Translations under genes and position numbers: made by a program
In this document: positions 20,097 through 29,847 of the stretch, piece after piece
How the letters are laid out: each line of letters starts with the position of its first letter
How positions within the stretch are numbered: the first letter of the stretch is position 1
Notes under the pieces: generated by a model
Seen by the model: the letters and a program-made list of their open reading frames with translations, nothing else
Databases searched by the model: none
Told to the model about the DNA's origin: nothing
Assembly: GCA_963810935.1 (NCBI GenBank)
Contig: CAWEPK010000005.1
Span: forward strand, 96,001 to 160,000
Source of the DNA: an uncultured delta proteobacterium
GTDB taxonomy: Bacteria > Desulfobacterota > Syntrophorhabdia > Syntrophorhabdales > WCHB1-27
Length of the DNA: 64,000 nucleotides
Reading direction: 5' to 3'

Positions 20097-21355
20097 ACCG
20101 GCTCTCCCATCAGTCTCCCCTCCTGCATGTCCTCTATTGTAACGTCAACGAGATTATTTTCAAGCATTTTCTCATAAGGGATGTAGACGGGCAGGTAATT
20201 GTCCGTGAAGCCCCTCATGAGCCTGCCCCTGTAAACCTTGCCTTCAGGGACGATGCGCACCGTCCTGCCGACGTGGCCGCGCATGAAGGTATCCCTCTTT
20301 CGCGCGTCCACCGCTTTGAGAATCTTCGCGCGCCTTCTTTTGACCCCTTCCGGCACCTTGCCTTGAAAGGTGGACGCCCTGGCGCCTTCCCTGTCGGAAT
20401 AGGGAAAAACGTGGAGGTAGGAAACGTCGAGCTCCTCGACCATCCGCAGAGTCGCCGTGAAATCCTCCTCGTCCTCACCGGGAAAGCCCACCATGATGTC
20501 CATGCCTATGCCTATGTCCGGCATGCTGGTTTTAAGCCTTCCTGCGATCTCGCGTATGGTGGATGCGGAGTAGGCCCTGCCCATTGCCGCGAGGATCCTG
20601 TCCGACCCGCTCTGCACGGGGATATGGATGCTTTTCGCGATCTTGCCTGAAGCGGCGATAACCGGGACCAGGCCGTCTATGTAGCCCGGGTCCACCGAGC
20701 TTAAGCGGATCCTTGGCGGGGTCGGCCGCCGCTCCAGGGATACGAGCAGCTCTTTCAGTCCCATTTTCGATGCGGGATCGCGCCAGGCGGCCAGATCGAT
20801 GCCTGTAAGGACCACTTCCTTGATGCCCCGTGTCGCCAGCGCATCCATTATATCTGCGACCTCTTCTGCCGGGCGCGACCTGACGGGCCCTCTCGCGAAA
20901 GGGACGATGCAGTAACTGCAGAAATGGTTGCAGCCGTCCTGTATCTTGAAGAAGAACCTCGTCCGGTCCTTCCCTACGCCGTCCACGTACGCCTGCTCGA
21001 TCGTCACATCCCGCGCAGGCCCGACGAAGCGGCCTGCCCCGGACAAATACCTTGCGGCATCGAATTTCTCCGCCTGGCCGAGCACTATGTCCGCCCCGAA
21101 ATCCCGCAATGGATATACCTGCGCATGGCAGCCGACGAGGGCGATACGGGCCTGCGGGTTGGCGTCCCTGGCCTTCCTGATGAAGCGCTTTGCGTCGACC
21201 TCCGCCCTGCCTGTAAGCGAGCAGGCGTTCACGACAACCAGGTCTGCCTGCCCGGCCGCGGCGAGGGTAAGCCCTGCATCCTCAAGCCTTTTTTCGATAA
21301 TGCGGGAATCCCATTGGTTGGCTTTGCACCCGGAGGTAAAGACAAAAAACGTCAA
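20087..21355 (-). CDS. mtaB: tRNA t6A37 methylthiotransferase MtaB (radical SAM)
   Basis: GCKANQWDS, KIQDGCNHFCSYC, HVFPYSDREG, TDNYL. Confidence 0.88.
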   Translation of the reverse strand: MTFFVFTSGCKANQWDSRIIEKRLEDAGLTLAAAGQADLVVVNACSLTGRAEVDAKRFIRKARDANPQARIALVGCHAQVYPLRDFGADIVLGQAEKFDAARYLSGAGRFVGPARDVTIEQAYVDGVGKDRTRFFFKIQDGCNHFCSYCIVPFARGPVRSRPAEEVADIMDALATRGIKEVVLTGIDLAAWRDPASKMGLKELLVSLERRPTPPRIRLSSVDPGYIDGLVPVIAASGKIAKSIHIPVQSGSDRILAAMGRAYSASTIREIAGRLKTSMPDIGIGMDIMVGFPGEDEEDFTATLRMVEELDVSYLHVFPYSDREGARASTFQGKVPEGVKRRRAKILKAVDARKRDTFMRGHVGRTVRIVPEGKVYRGRLMRGFTDNYLPVYIPYEKMLENNLVDVTIEDMQEGRLMGEPVCS

Positions 21356-21359
21356 ACCC

Positions 21360-22526
21360 CTATCCCTTCTTCATGTAAAAAGGCGACATCTCGCGGAGCC
21401 GCGCCGCGACTGCGGGGATTGCGTCGAGGGCATAGTCGATGTCTTCATCGGTGCTTTCCCGGCCCAGGCTCATCCGGAGGGCGCTCTGGCAGACTTCCGG
21501 CTCTATGCCCATGCCGAGGAGCACATGCGAAGGCTCCGTGCTGCCCGACGAACAGGCCGAGCCCGCAGAGACTGCGATGCCGGCAAGGTCGAGACCGATG
21601 AGCATCGATTCGGCCTCGATGAACGCAAAGCTTAGGTTGAGCGTATTGGGGAGGCGCTTCTCCTCGTCCCCGTTCAGTTGGATATCGCCGACCTTTTCCA
21701 TTAAACCAGCCAGGAGCCTGCCCCTGAGGCTCTCGATTTTTGCATTCTCCGACGCCATGTCGCGCGCCATTATCTCGCACGCTTTTCCCAAAGCGGCTAT
21801 ACCCACCATGTTCTCCGTCCCGGCCCTTCTTCCTCCCTCCTGGTGTCCACCGTGGATTAGGTTGTCTATCTCGAGACCCTCCCTGATGTAGAGCACGCCG
21901 ACGCCCTTCGGTGCGTAGACCTTATGGCCGGAGAACGACGCGAAATCGACATTAAGCTCCGCCACGTCGATATCGAGCTTCCCCATAGCCTGGACCATGT
22001 CCGAGTGGAAGAGCACCCCCGCCTCCCGGCAGACGGCGCCTATCTCCCTTATGGGAAGCACGGTGCCTGTCTCGTTGTTCGCGAGCATGATGGAGACGAG
22101 GACCGTCTCCTTCCTTATGGCTTTCCTGACGTCGGCCGGGTCTATCAGGCCGTTTCTGTCCGCCTGGAGGTAGGTCACGGGAAAACCTTTGCCCTCCAGG
22201 TATCGGCACGTGTTGAGCACCGCCGGATGTTCTATCCTGGTCGTAATGATGTGGTTACCCCTGCCGCTAAAGGCAGACGCAGTGCCGACGATTGCCTGGT
22301 TGTCCGCCTCGGTGCCTCCTGCCGTGAAGACGATCTCCTCCGGCTTTGCCTTGATAAAAGCGGCTACGCGGCTGCGCGCATCATCGATGTACGGCCTTGC
22401 GTCCCTGCCCGACCAGTGGATGCTGGACGGGTTGCCGAAGACCGGACCCAGAAGGGGCTGCACGAAAAGGGCCACGTCCGGGTGCGTCGGGGTGGTGGCG
22501 TTATAGTCGAAATAGACCCTGCGCAT
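21360..22526 (-). CDS. nifS: Cysteine desulfurase (NifS/IscS)
   Basis: YFDYNATTP, SGHKVYAPKG (PLP Lys), SAGSACSSG (catalytic Cys). Confidence 0.93.
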   Translation of the reverse strand: MRRVYFDYNATTPTHPDVALFVQPLLGPVFGNPSSIHWSGRDARPYIDDARSRVAAFIKAKPEEIVFTAGGTEADNQAIVGTASAFSGRGNHIITTRIEHPAVLNTCRYLEGKGFPVTYLQADRNGLIDPADVRKAIRKETVLVSIMLANNETGTVLPIREIGAVCREAGVLFHSDMVQAMGKLDIDVAELNVDFASFSGHKVYAPKGVGVLYIREGLEIDNLIHGGHQEGGRRAGTENMVGIAALGKACEIMARDMASENAKIESLRGRLLAGLMEKVGDIQLNGDEEKRLPNTLNLSFAFIEAESMLIGLDLAGIAVSAGSACSSGSTEPSHVLLGMGIEPEVCQSALRMSLGRESTDEDIDYALDAIPAVAARLREMSPFYMKKG

Positions 22527-22535
22527 AAATGCCCC

Positions 22536-22943
22536 TCATGTAAACCAGACTTGCATCGCCCTCACCGGGCACACCTTCACGCAAAGCTCACACGCTACGC
22601 ATTTCTCATAGTCGAACCGGACCCGCATGGTCTCCCTGTCGATGTCGAGCGCCTGCGGGGCGCAAACGCTTGTGCAGAGTCCGCAATGGACGCATTTATC
22701 CTCGTCCTTGCTGATGTCCTGGTCGATGTTCTCTATGGCCACTCCGATCTCCTGGAGGTAAGCGGTCCCTTTGTCGAAGTTTTTTTCCTCGCCTTCCACC
22801 TCCAGGACCATCATCGATTCCGCTCTCGGCGAGACGTTTGCCCGCAGGATCGTGTAGACGAGTTCGAAATCCTTGCCCAGGCGGTAGACAATCGGCTTGT
22901 CTATATCGTTCCTTTGAAATCTCAGGATTATCCTCTTTTTCAT
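22536..22943 (-). CDS. NIL domain + 2x[4Fe-4S] ferredoxin
   Basis: N-terminal NIL-like PIVYRLGKDFEL..ILRA; CVHCGLCTSVC and CVACELCVKVCP. Confidence 0.88.
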   Translation of the reverse strand: MKKRIILRFQRNDIDKPIVYRLGKDFELVYTILRANVSPRAESMMVLEVEGEEKNFDKGTAYLQEIGVAIENIDQDISKDEDKCVHCGLCTSVCAPQALDIDRETMRVRFDYEKCVACELCVKVCPVRAMQVWFT

Positions 22944-22950
22944 TTGCCCC

Positions 22951-23673
22951 TCACAATGAGATTAAATCGACATCCCCCCAGGCGCCCAGGGTCTTGCCCA
23001 TGATAATGATAATGGCGCTGACGCCCGGAAACGCCTTGCCCTCTTCCACGGCGCCGGCGATGTCCTCTTCTTTATGTACGATATTTCCGAGCCTCGTTGC
23101 AAGACCATCGGAAAAAAGCGACGAGCGGCCGACAATGCAGACAGCGTCGGCCCGTCCGAAGCTGAGCGAAGGACCGACCGTGGCCGACGACGTGCAAATG
23201 CCGTATGCCTCTTCCGCTGCCTTAAGCTTCATGCCGATCTGCTCGCTGTAAGGCGAGTCCTTGGCATAGATCGATACCTTCCGCTCGTGCCGCGTCTTCA
23301 GGAAGATGTCGCCCCCGTTCTCTATAATGTATTCAGCCGATTTGGGCTCGACATCCCTTCCTATAAACTCGGCCACGGCCCCGGCCACGCAGGCCATCGG
23401 GCCGACGCCTGCTGACGATGAGGCCTCCAGCATCTCCCGGGCGATCCTCGGTGCGAGAGGGTCGGCCGCAAGAGGCGCAAGGCTGCTTGCGAACTCCGGC
23501 CTCTGACGGATGTACGCCTCAAGCTGGTTACGGTAGAAAAGCGTCCTTTCCTCTATGAAAACCTTCAGGTCCGTAGACGTGCAGCAGAAAAGGTCCGTCT
23601 CCTTACAGACGACTTCGTAGCAGACAAGGTCGGCAGGCCTCGATACGCGCCTGTAGGTGCGCTCTTCATACAT
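22951..23673 (-). CDS. UPF0280/COG2122 ApbE-like protein
   Basis: [44 protein letters not shown]; start overlaps the cysE stop. Confidence 0.9.
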   Translation of the reverse strand: MYEERTYRRVSRPADLVCYEVVCKETDLFCCTSTDLKVFIEERTLFYRNQLEAYIRQRPEFASSLAPLAADPLAPRIAREMLEASSSAGVGPMACVAGAVAEFIGRDVEPKSAEYIIENGGDIFLKTRHERKVSIYAKDSPYSEQIGMKLKAAEEAYGICTSSATVGPSLSFGRADAVCIVGRSSLFSDGLATRLGNIVHKEEDIAGAVEEGKAFPGVSAIIIIMGKTLGAWGDVDLISL

Positions 23674-24328
23674 CGCCTTCTCGCTTCGCACTCTCGTCCT
23701 TCAGTTGGCCCAGCCGTTCCTCTACAAGCCGGACCCTGTCGAGGAGGGAGGCAATGGCCTTCCCTTGAGGGTCGGGCATGAACTCTGTATCGAGGGCTAT
23801 CCGCCTGTCGCCTTCAACCCTGAAGACGACCTTGCCCGGTATGCCCACCACGATGGAGTTCGGGGGGATGTCGTGGAGGACTACCGAATTGGCGCCTATG
23901 CGCGTGTTGTCCCCTATGTGCACGGGTCCGAGTATCTTTGCGCCCGCGCCCATAACCACGTGATTGCCGATGGTGGGGTGCCTTTTCCCCTTCTGCCACG
24001 TGGTCCCGCCGAGAGTCACGCCGTGGTACATCGTCACATCGTCGCCCACCTCTGCCGTCTCCCCGATAACGACGCCCATCCCGTGATCGATGAAGAACGA
24101 TTTGCCTATCTGCGCGCCGGGATGTATCTCTATCCCCGTGAAGAACCTCCCGATGTGCGAGACGAAGCGCCCCGCGACGCGCATCCCATGGCCCCAGAGC
24201 CAATGGGCGACGCGAAAGAAAAGGAGGGCATGGAAGCCTGGATAGGCGAGGAAAATCTCTACGACGCTCCTGGCCGCGGGGTCCCTCCGAAAGATCTCCC
24301 GCACGTCTTCTCTCACTCTTGATAGCAT
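23666..24328 (-). CDS. cysE: Serine O-acetyltransferase
   Basis: [42 protein letters not shown]. Confidence 0.96.
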   Translation of the reverse strand: MLSRVREDVREIFRRDPAARSVVEIFLAYPGFHALLFFRVAHWLWGHGMRVAGRFVSHIGRFFTGIEIHPGAQIGKSFFIDHGMGVVIGETAEVGDDVTMYHGVTLGGTTWQKGKRHPTIGNHVVMGAGAKILGPVHIGDNTRIGANSVVLHDIPPNSIVVGIPGKVVFRVEGDRRIALDTEFMPDPQGKAIASLLDRVRLVEERLGQLKDESAKREGDV

Positions 24329-24340
24329 CGGAATAGCCCT

Positions 24341-24371
24341 ATTATACAACAATCTTGACCATCTTTGTCAA
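24341..24371 (-). promoter_or_regulatory. cysE operon promoter overlapped by an Rrf2/IscR-type palindrome
   Basis: Minus-strand TATAAT (24346-24341); TTGAC-CATCTTT-GTCAA palindrome at 24355-24371. Confidence 0.5.
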
Positions 24372-24438
24372 CTTAGGGACGGGCAGGTTTTCGCGTTATG
24401 CGGCCGGGATTCTTCCGCGTTTTGTCTGTCTGAGCAAC

Positions 24439-24519
24439 GGGGAAGGCTCCATGCGGCCGGGGCACCCGCCCGACGTAAGGAGGGAAGGGTCGCCTGGAGG
24501 GGGCGCTCAAGCCCCGATA
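24439..24519 (+). repeat. Divergent copy of a structured intergenic repeat
   Basis: GGGGAAGGCTCCA-[43 nt]-TGGAGGGGGCGCTCAAGCCCCGATA, matching the ends of the copies at 57117 and 60445. Confidence 0.6.
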
Positions 24520-24576
24520 CTGTTGCTTTTTTCCCTTGAAAGCGTTACTTTTGTTTGTAGCACTTGGAAGAATATA

Positions 24577-25809
24577 GTGAAAAATATCCTCGCGATGATC
24601 CTGGCGGGCGGCCGGGTGGACGAGCTTGATGTGCTCACATTCCTGCGCCCAAAATCCGTCCTGCCCTTCGGTGCGCTTTACCGCATAATCGATTTCCCCA
24701 TGAGCAACCTGATGAACTCAGGCATCGAAAAGGTGGGCATCCTCTCCCAGTACAGGCCGTTCCATCTCATCAACCACATTGCCAACGGCCATCCGTGGGA
24801 CATGGTCGGCAGGAACAGGTTTGCACTCATCCTGCCGCCCTTCAAGGGGAAAGATGCGTCCGACTGGTACAAGGGCACGGCAGACGCGGTCTACCAGAAC
24901 ACCGACTTCATCAAGATGTACAACCCGGACCTCGTGCTCATACTGTCGGGCGACCACATCTACAAAATGGACTACCAGGCGGTAATAGATTTCCATATCG
25001 AGAAAAAGGCGGACCTCACCATCGCCTTCACCAGCGTCCCCAAGGAAGGGGCCGACCGCTTCGGCCAGGGCCTTATAGACGACGAGGAGCCGAGGGGCGG
25101 CCGGGTCGTCCGGTACGTCGAGAAACCGCGGAAGGCCCTTTTCGACTGGGCCTCACTGACGATCTATGTATTCAACCCCGGCGTCCTGTTCGAGGCCCTC
25201 GAAGAGAACGCCGGGAAAGAGTCGCACGAGTTCGGCCGTGACATCATACCCGCCCTGCTCGGCAGGGCCAGGATTTACGGATACAAGCACAGGGGCTACT
25301 GGGGCTACACGCGCACGCTCGAAGAGTACTGGCGGACCAGCATGGAGCTTTTGGGCGAGCGGCCGAAGATCGACCTCGACGCATGGCAGCTAAGGACCAA
25401 CCTCGCACACAAGGAGATAAGGGACAGGCAGCCTGCCATCCTAGGCCCCTCTGCCGCAGTCGAGGACTCTTTGCTCAACCTCGGATGCGACGTGAGAGGC
25501 AAGGTCTTTCGCTCCCTTCTTTTCCCCGGTGTGAAGGTCGAGAAGGGCGCAGTGGTGGAGGATTCGATACTCTTCTTCGACACCGTGGTAGGCAAGGAAG
25601 CCAGGGTCTCAAGGACGATTACGGACATAGGCGTCCGCATAGGACCGCAGGCGCGGATCGGTGACGCGGACGGAGAGCTTTCTGTCATAGGGACCGAAAG
25701 CGATGTGCCTGGCGGGGTGACGATGCGGTCAGGGGTGACCGTCTACCCGAGGGTGGAGTCCGGCCGCTTCACGAGAAGCGAATACAAAAGCGGCGAGATC
25801 ATAAAATGA
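24577..25809 (+). CDS. Glucose-1-phosphate adenylyltransferase family, GlgD-like subunit
   Basis: LAGGRVDEL (no GxRL Arg), PFGALYRIIDF, WYKGTADAV, LSGDH, EKP, C-terminal hexapeptide repeats; GTG start at 24577. Confidence 0.8.
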   Translation: MKNILAMILAGGRVDELDVLTFLRPKSVLPFGALYRIIDFPMSNLMNSGIEKVGILSQYRPFHLINHIANGHPWDMVGRNRFALILPPFKGKDASDWYKGTADAVYQNTDFIKMYNPDLVLILSGDHIYKMDYQAVIDFHIEKKADLTIAFTSVPKEGADRFGQGLIDDEEPRGGRVVRYVEKPRKALFDWASLTIYVFNPGVLFEALEENAGKESHEFGRDIIPALLGRARIYGYKHRGYWGYTRTLEEYWRTSMELLGERPKIDLDAWQLRTNLAHKEIRDRQPAILGPSAAVEDSLLNLGCDVRGKVFRSLLFPGVKVEKGAVVEDSILFFDTVVGKEARVSRTITDIGVRIGPQARIGDADGELSVIGTESDVPGGVTMRSGVTVYPRVESGRFTRSEYKSGEIIK

Positions 25810-27062
25810 GGAACGTTGTGGCGCTCCTTCTTGCCGGAGGCGTCGGCAGCAGGCTGAACGTTCTGGTGCAGTACAGGGCGAAGCCCGCAGTCCCCTTCGG
25901 CGGCATCTATCGCATAATCGATTTCACTTTGAGCAATATAGCGAACAGCGGCCTGACGCGCGTGGCAGTCCTCACGCAATACAAGCCTTTGTCCCTTATG
26001 GACCACATAGGTGACGGGTCGGCATGGGACATGGCGGGCAGGACGCGGGGCATAAGCATACTTCCCCCAAAGACCGGAGAAAAAGACTGGGACTGGTACA
26101 AGGGCACGGCAGACGCGGTGCGGCAGAACCTGAACTTCGTCTCTTCGGAACGGTACAGCGAGGTGCTCGTGTTGTCGGGCGACCACGTTTACTGCATGGA
26201 CTACGGGCCGCTCCTCGCCTTCCACAGGGAGCGTAAGGCGAGCGTCACCATCGGGATGATACCCGTGGCGCCGGAAGAGACGCGCCACTTCGGCACGGCT
26301 ACGCTGGACAAGGACAGAAAGATCGTCGACTGGCAGGAAAAGGCGGCTAAGGCACGGTCGAACCTGGCCTCCATGGGCATTTACGTCTTCGACAGGCAAT
26401 ACCTGACCGCGACCCTGACGAAGACCAAGGAAGAGGATTTCGGGAAGCAGATTATCCCCAGGGCCTTAAAAGAGGCCCACGTCTACGGTTATCCTTTCGA
26501 GGGATACTGGAGGGACGTGGGGACGATTCAGGCTTACTGGGATGCGAACATGGACCTTTTGAGGGCCGATTCCGGGCTGACGCCCGAGGCCTGCGACATA
26601 CGGACGAACCATACTGCCGAGGCGCTGCCGTATGACCGCTCGCCTGTGCGGATAAGCGCCTCCGCGCGCGCGGTCAACTCCGCCGTCTCGCCCGGCTGCA
26701 TCGTCTCCGGTACAGTCGAAGGCTCGGTCCTCTCTCCGGGCGTCGTGATCGAAAGGGGCGCGTTCGTGAAAGACTCGATCATTATGCACGATACGGTCAT
26801 CAGGCAGGGGGCGCACATAGAGCGCTCGGTACTGGACAAGGAGATCGTTGTCGGTGAAAATGCGGTTATCGGCAGCGGAGACGCAAAACGACCGAATGCG
26901 CGCTTCCCCGACCACCTTTATTCGGGCCTTACGCTGATCGGCAAGAAGGCGTCGATACCGGCCGACGCCCGTATCGGAACCAATTGCATCGTCTTCCCTC
27001 TGGTCGGAGAAAAAGGCCTGCGCCACCTCAACCTCGCGGACGGCGGGACGGTCGAGAAATAA
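25806..27062 (+). CDS. glgC: Glucose-1-phosphate adenylyltransferase
   Basis: LAGGVGSRL, RAKPAVPFGG, KGTADAV, LSGDH, ASMGIYVF, YWRDVGT. Confidence 0.92.
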   Translation: MRNVVALLLAGGVGSRLNVLVQYRAKPAVPFGGIYRIIDFTLSNIANSGLTRVAVLTQYKPLSLMDHIGDGSAWDMAGRTRGISILPPKTGEKDWDWYKGTADAVRQNLNFVSSERYSEVLVLSGDHVYCMDYGPLLAFHRERKASVTIGMIPVAPEETRHFGTATLDKDRKIVDWQEKAAKARSNLASMGIYVFDRQYLTATLTKTKEEDFGKQIIPRALKEAHVYGYPFEGYWRDVGTIQAYWDANMDLLRADSGLTPEACDIRTNHTAEALPYDRSPVRISASARAVNSAVSPGCIVSGTVEGSVLSPGVVIERGAFVKDSIIMHDTVIRQGAHIERSVLDKEIVVGENAVIGSGDAKRPNARFPDHLYSGLTLIGKKASIPADARIGTNCIVFPLVGEKGLRHLNLADGGTVEK

Positions 27063-27089
27063 CAAGGCCCCGCTGCCCCTTTCGCCCTT

Positions 27090-28055
27090 TTATTTCCTGA
27101 AATCGAGAAGGACTTTGACGCTGTCGGGCTCTTCCGCTTTTTCGAAGGCGAAAGAAGCATCTTCTAAACGATATACGGCGGACACCAGGCGCTTCACGGC
27201 TACCCGGCCGGACGCAAGGGCGTCGATGGCAGGCGCGAAGGGGCCGCACCGCGACCCCACGATGACGATCTCATCGACGACGACCCTCGACGTGTCAATC
27301 TCGGTCCCGGCAGCCACTGTGCTCTTCAGCACTATCGTCCCGGCCGGCTTTACGAAATCGAGGGCCGCTTCCAGCCCCGCCGCCGAGCCGGTCGCCTCGA
27401 CAACTATATCGTAGTCTCTTGTCTTCTTTATCTCGTCGATTTTCCTGGTCCTTATCCCCTCCGCGGATGCAAGGGCCAGCTTACCAGCGTGCCTGCCGCA
27501 TAACGTCACGTCTGCCACGCAACCTTTTAAGGCAAAAGCCGTGAGAAGGCCCAGGCACCCGTCACCCAGTATAAGGACACGCGACGCGGGCCTGATATGG
27601 ACCTGCTCTGTCACCCGGAATGCTGCGGCTAGGGGCTCGACGAAGACGGCCTCTTCGTCGGTAAGCCGATCGGGCACCACGTGCAGGTTCTTGATGGGAA
27701 GCGCCGCATATTCGGCGAAGACGCCGTCCCTGCCCGCTATCCCGAGGGCCGACCTGTCCGGGCAATGTTTCTCCATGCCTCCCAGGCAGTACGCGCACGT
27801 CCCGCAGCCGCAGTTGATCTCGCCTACGACCCGTTTGCCTACAAGATCGGGACGCGCAGGACCGGTCCGCTCGACGACCCCGATAAATTCGTGGCCAGGT
27901 ACGCCCCGGAAGCCCCTGTATCCTTTCAGGACCTCCCTGTCCGTCCCGCAGATGCCCGCCATCGCTACCCGCACAAGGGCCTCGCCCGGCCGCACTTGCG
28001 GCCGGGCTGCACGGTAATCGAGCCTCAGTCTCCCATCGAAAAAAAGCGCCTTCAT
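27090..28055 (-). CDS. Zn-dependent medium-chain dehydrogenase/reductase
   Basis: GICGTD, GHEF, CGTCAYC...C structural Zn site, EPLAAA. Confidence 0.88.
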   Translation of the reverse strand: MKALFFDGRLRLDYRAARPQVRPGEALVRVAMAGICGTDREVLKGYRGFRGVPGHEFIGVVERTGPARPDLVGKRVVGEINCGCGTCAYCLGGMEKHCPDRSALGIAGRDGVFAEYAALPIKNLHVVPDRLTDEEAVFVEPLAAAFRVTEQVHIRPASRVLILGDGCLGLLTAFALKGCVADVTLCGRHAGKLALASAEGIRTRKIDEIKKTRDYDIVVEATGSAAGLEAALDFVKPAGTIVLKSTVAAGTEIDTSRVVVDEIVIVGSRCGPFAPAIDALASGRVAVKRLVSAVYRLEDASFAFEKAEEPDSVKVLLDFRK

Positions 28056-28229
28056 ACGAAGTCTACGTTATCACAGCCCCTTTCGGACCTCAAGCCAAAA
28101 AACCCCGAATAATTGATGCTCTGCCTTTTTCGTTTGTTATAATAGCGTTCAAGGGCCGAAAATCTCGCGCGACCGGCAAAAAATGATTACACTGTATAGA
28201 CGGAACAAGAAAAAGTGCCCGGAGGACGC

Positions 28230-28541
28230 ATGGACCTGAAGGACGAGATCGAGAAAGTAGCGTATGAGCTTTTCGAGAGGGATGGCGGGCAGCACGGGAA
28301 AGACAGGGAACACTGGCTGGAGGCGGAGGAGATCGTAAAGGCGAGGCACACGCCGGGTCAGAAAGGAGCCGGGTCGCCGAAAGTCGAAAAGGCGCCCGTG
28401 CCCGCGAAGGCAGCGGCCCCGAAAATCCCGGCCGTGAAGCCTGCCTCCGGTGCCGCTGACAGGCAGGCTGCGAAGCCCGCCGCGTCAAAGGCGCCGGCAA
28501 AAGAACGGAAAGCGCGGCAACAGACGAAAAATACGCACTGA
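28230..28541 (+). CDS. DUF2934 domain protein with Lys/Ala/Pro-rich tail
   Basis: IEKVAYELFERDG...HWLEAE; GGAGG RBS before ATG 28230. Confidence 0.8.
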   Translation: MDLKDEIEKVAYELFERDGGQHGKDREHWLEAEEIVKARHTPGQKGAGSPKVEKAPVPAKAAAPKIPAVKPASGAADRQAAKPAASKAPAKERKARQQTKNTH

Positions 28542-28629
28542 ACATAACGCGGCCGGAGAAGGGAGCAGACTCCGGCTGCCATACGACCAAACGATAGATT
28601 TGCTGGTGTGCCGGACCTTCTCTTGCCCG

Positions 28630-29847
28630 CTATAGCCTTGTCGAGTTCCCGCCGGAAGCAAAAGACGCCCGGGTGCGAGCCTTCTTCTTCCTGCTCAGGA
28701 CAAAAAGCACCAGGGCAAACACGTAGACGCCCGCAGTCGTCCCGAACACAAACCATGACAACTTATTGACCAGCGCCAGAACCACTACCAGCCAGGCAAA
28801 ATCGCGGTTAACCGTCAGTGACGCCAGCCAGTTCGACTCGCTCGACGCCTGCTCTCCCGGGCCGTGGCCCATATAGAGCTGTACCGAGATGGCGCAAAGG
28901 CCGAAGCCTACCAGAAGGAACGCCAGGGCCCAGAGGTAGACCGGGTTGTCGGACCGGTAATAGAGGCCGAGGGCCATACCCAGAAATACGGCCACGTGGA
29001 CCACGTTGTCGCCAACGATATCGAGGTAATGACCGAAGTTGCTCTCCTGGAGCTTGAGCCTCGCAAGCTCGCCGTCGACCCCGTCGAGGATGGTCGATGC
29101 AAGGAAAAGCAGCCCGCCTGCAACCTGCGACGGATACGTTCCCTTCAAGAGAAAGAATGCTCCCGCCAGCCCGACCGCGATGTGGAACAGCGTGAACATG
29201 TTGGGCGTCACGAATGTATTGGCGAGGCGGCTGCTGATGGGACGCGAAAGGGGCCTGTGGATCTTCTTCGAGAAAAAGCTGTCCGTCTGTGCGGTCGACG
29301 CGCCGACGGCGGCCACCAGGGCCCGGCCGGCATCGGCCGCTTCCTTTGCATTGCGGGGAATTACGGGCAGGCCGGCTGCGACTGAAACGCGCTCGCAGGA
29401 GATACCGGCAGGCAGTGACGAGCCGGGCGCCCGAAGTACCTTCAAAATGTCAGGAACGCAACGGGGAGTCACAAGACAGACCGAAAGGGCATCCCTGTCG
29501 CCCGCCGCGTAGACGTCGCTCGGCCCGGCTCCTGCAGAAATGAGTTTTTTCACAGACCAGGCGTCGATTACTGCCCCGGCCGCCATCACGAGGACCCTCT
29601 CGCCTGCATCGGCGCCCGGCTCACAGACGGCCGAACCTGAGTCCGCCTCACCGTCGACTTTCACGAAAGCGTCACCCGGAACGATATCGTGAAGGACTCC
29701 GGCAAGCCCATCATCACGCCCGACGACACTGACGTTATCGAAACCGCACCGGCGGGCAACGAGCGCAAGCCTCCTCGCGGCCGGCGTCCGGAAGATGGGC
29801 CTAAGGCCCGCCCCTTCGAAATCCGCGATAACTGTGCGCCCGGCCAT
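28630..29847 (-). CDS. CDP-alcohol phosphatidyltransferase with degenerate N-terminal nucleotidyltransferase-like domain
   Basis: VTPNMFT, signature DGVDGELARLKLQESNFGHYLDIVGD; ~185 aa soluble N-terminal region. Confidence 0.88.
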   Translation of the reverse strand: MAGRTVIADFEGAGLRPIFRTPAARRLALVARRCGFDNVSVVGRDDGLAGVLHDIVPGDAFVKVDGEADSGSAVCEPGADAGERVLVMAAGAVIDAWSVKKLISAGAGPSDVYAAGDRDALSVCLVTPRCVPDILKVLRAPGSSLPAGISCERVSVAAGLPVIPRNAKEAADAGRALVAAVGASTAQTDSFFSKKIHRPLSRPISSRLANTFVTPNMFTLFHIAVGLAGAFFLLKGTYPSQVAGGLLFLASTILDGVDGELARLKLQESNFGHYLDIVGDNVVHVAVFLGMALGLYYRSDNPVYLWALAFLLVGFGLCAISVQLYMGHGPGEQASSESNWLASLTVNRDFAWLVVVLALVNKLSWFVFGTTAGVYVFALVLFVLSRKKKARTRASFASGGNSTRL

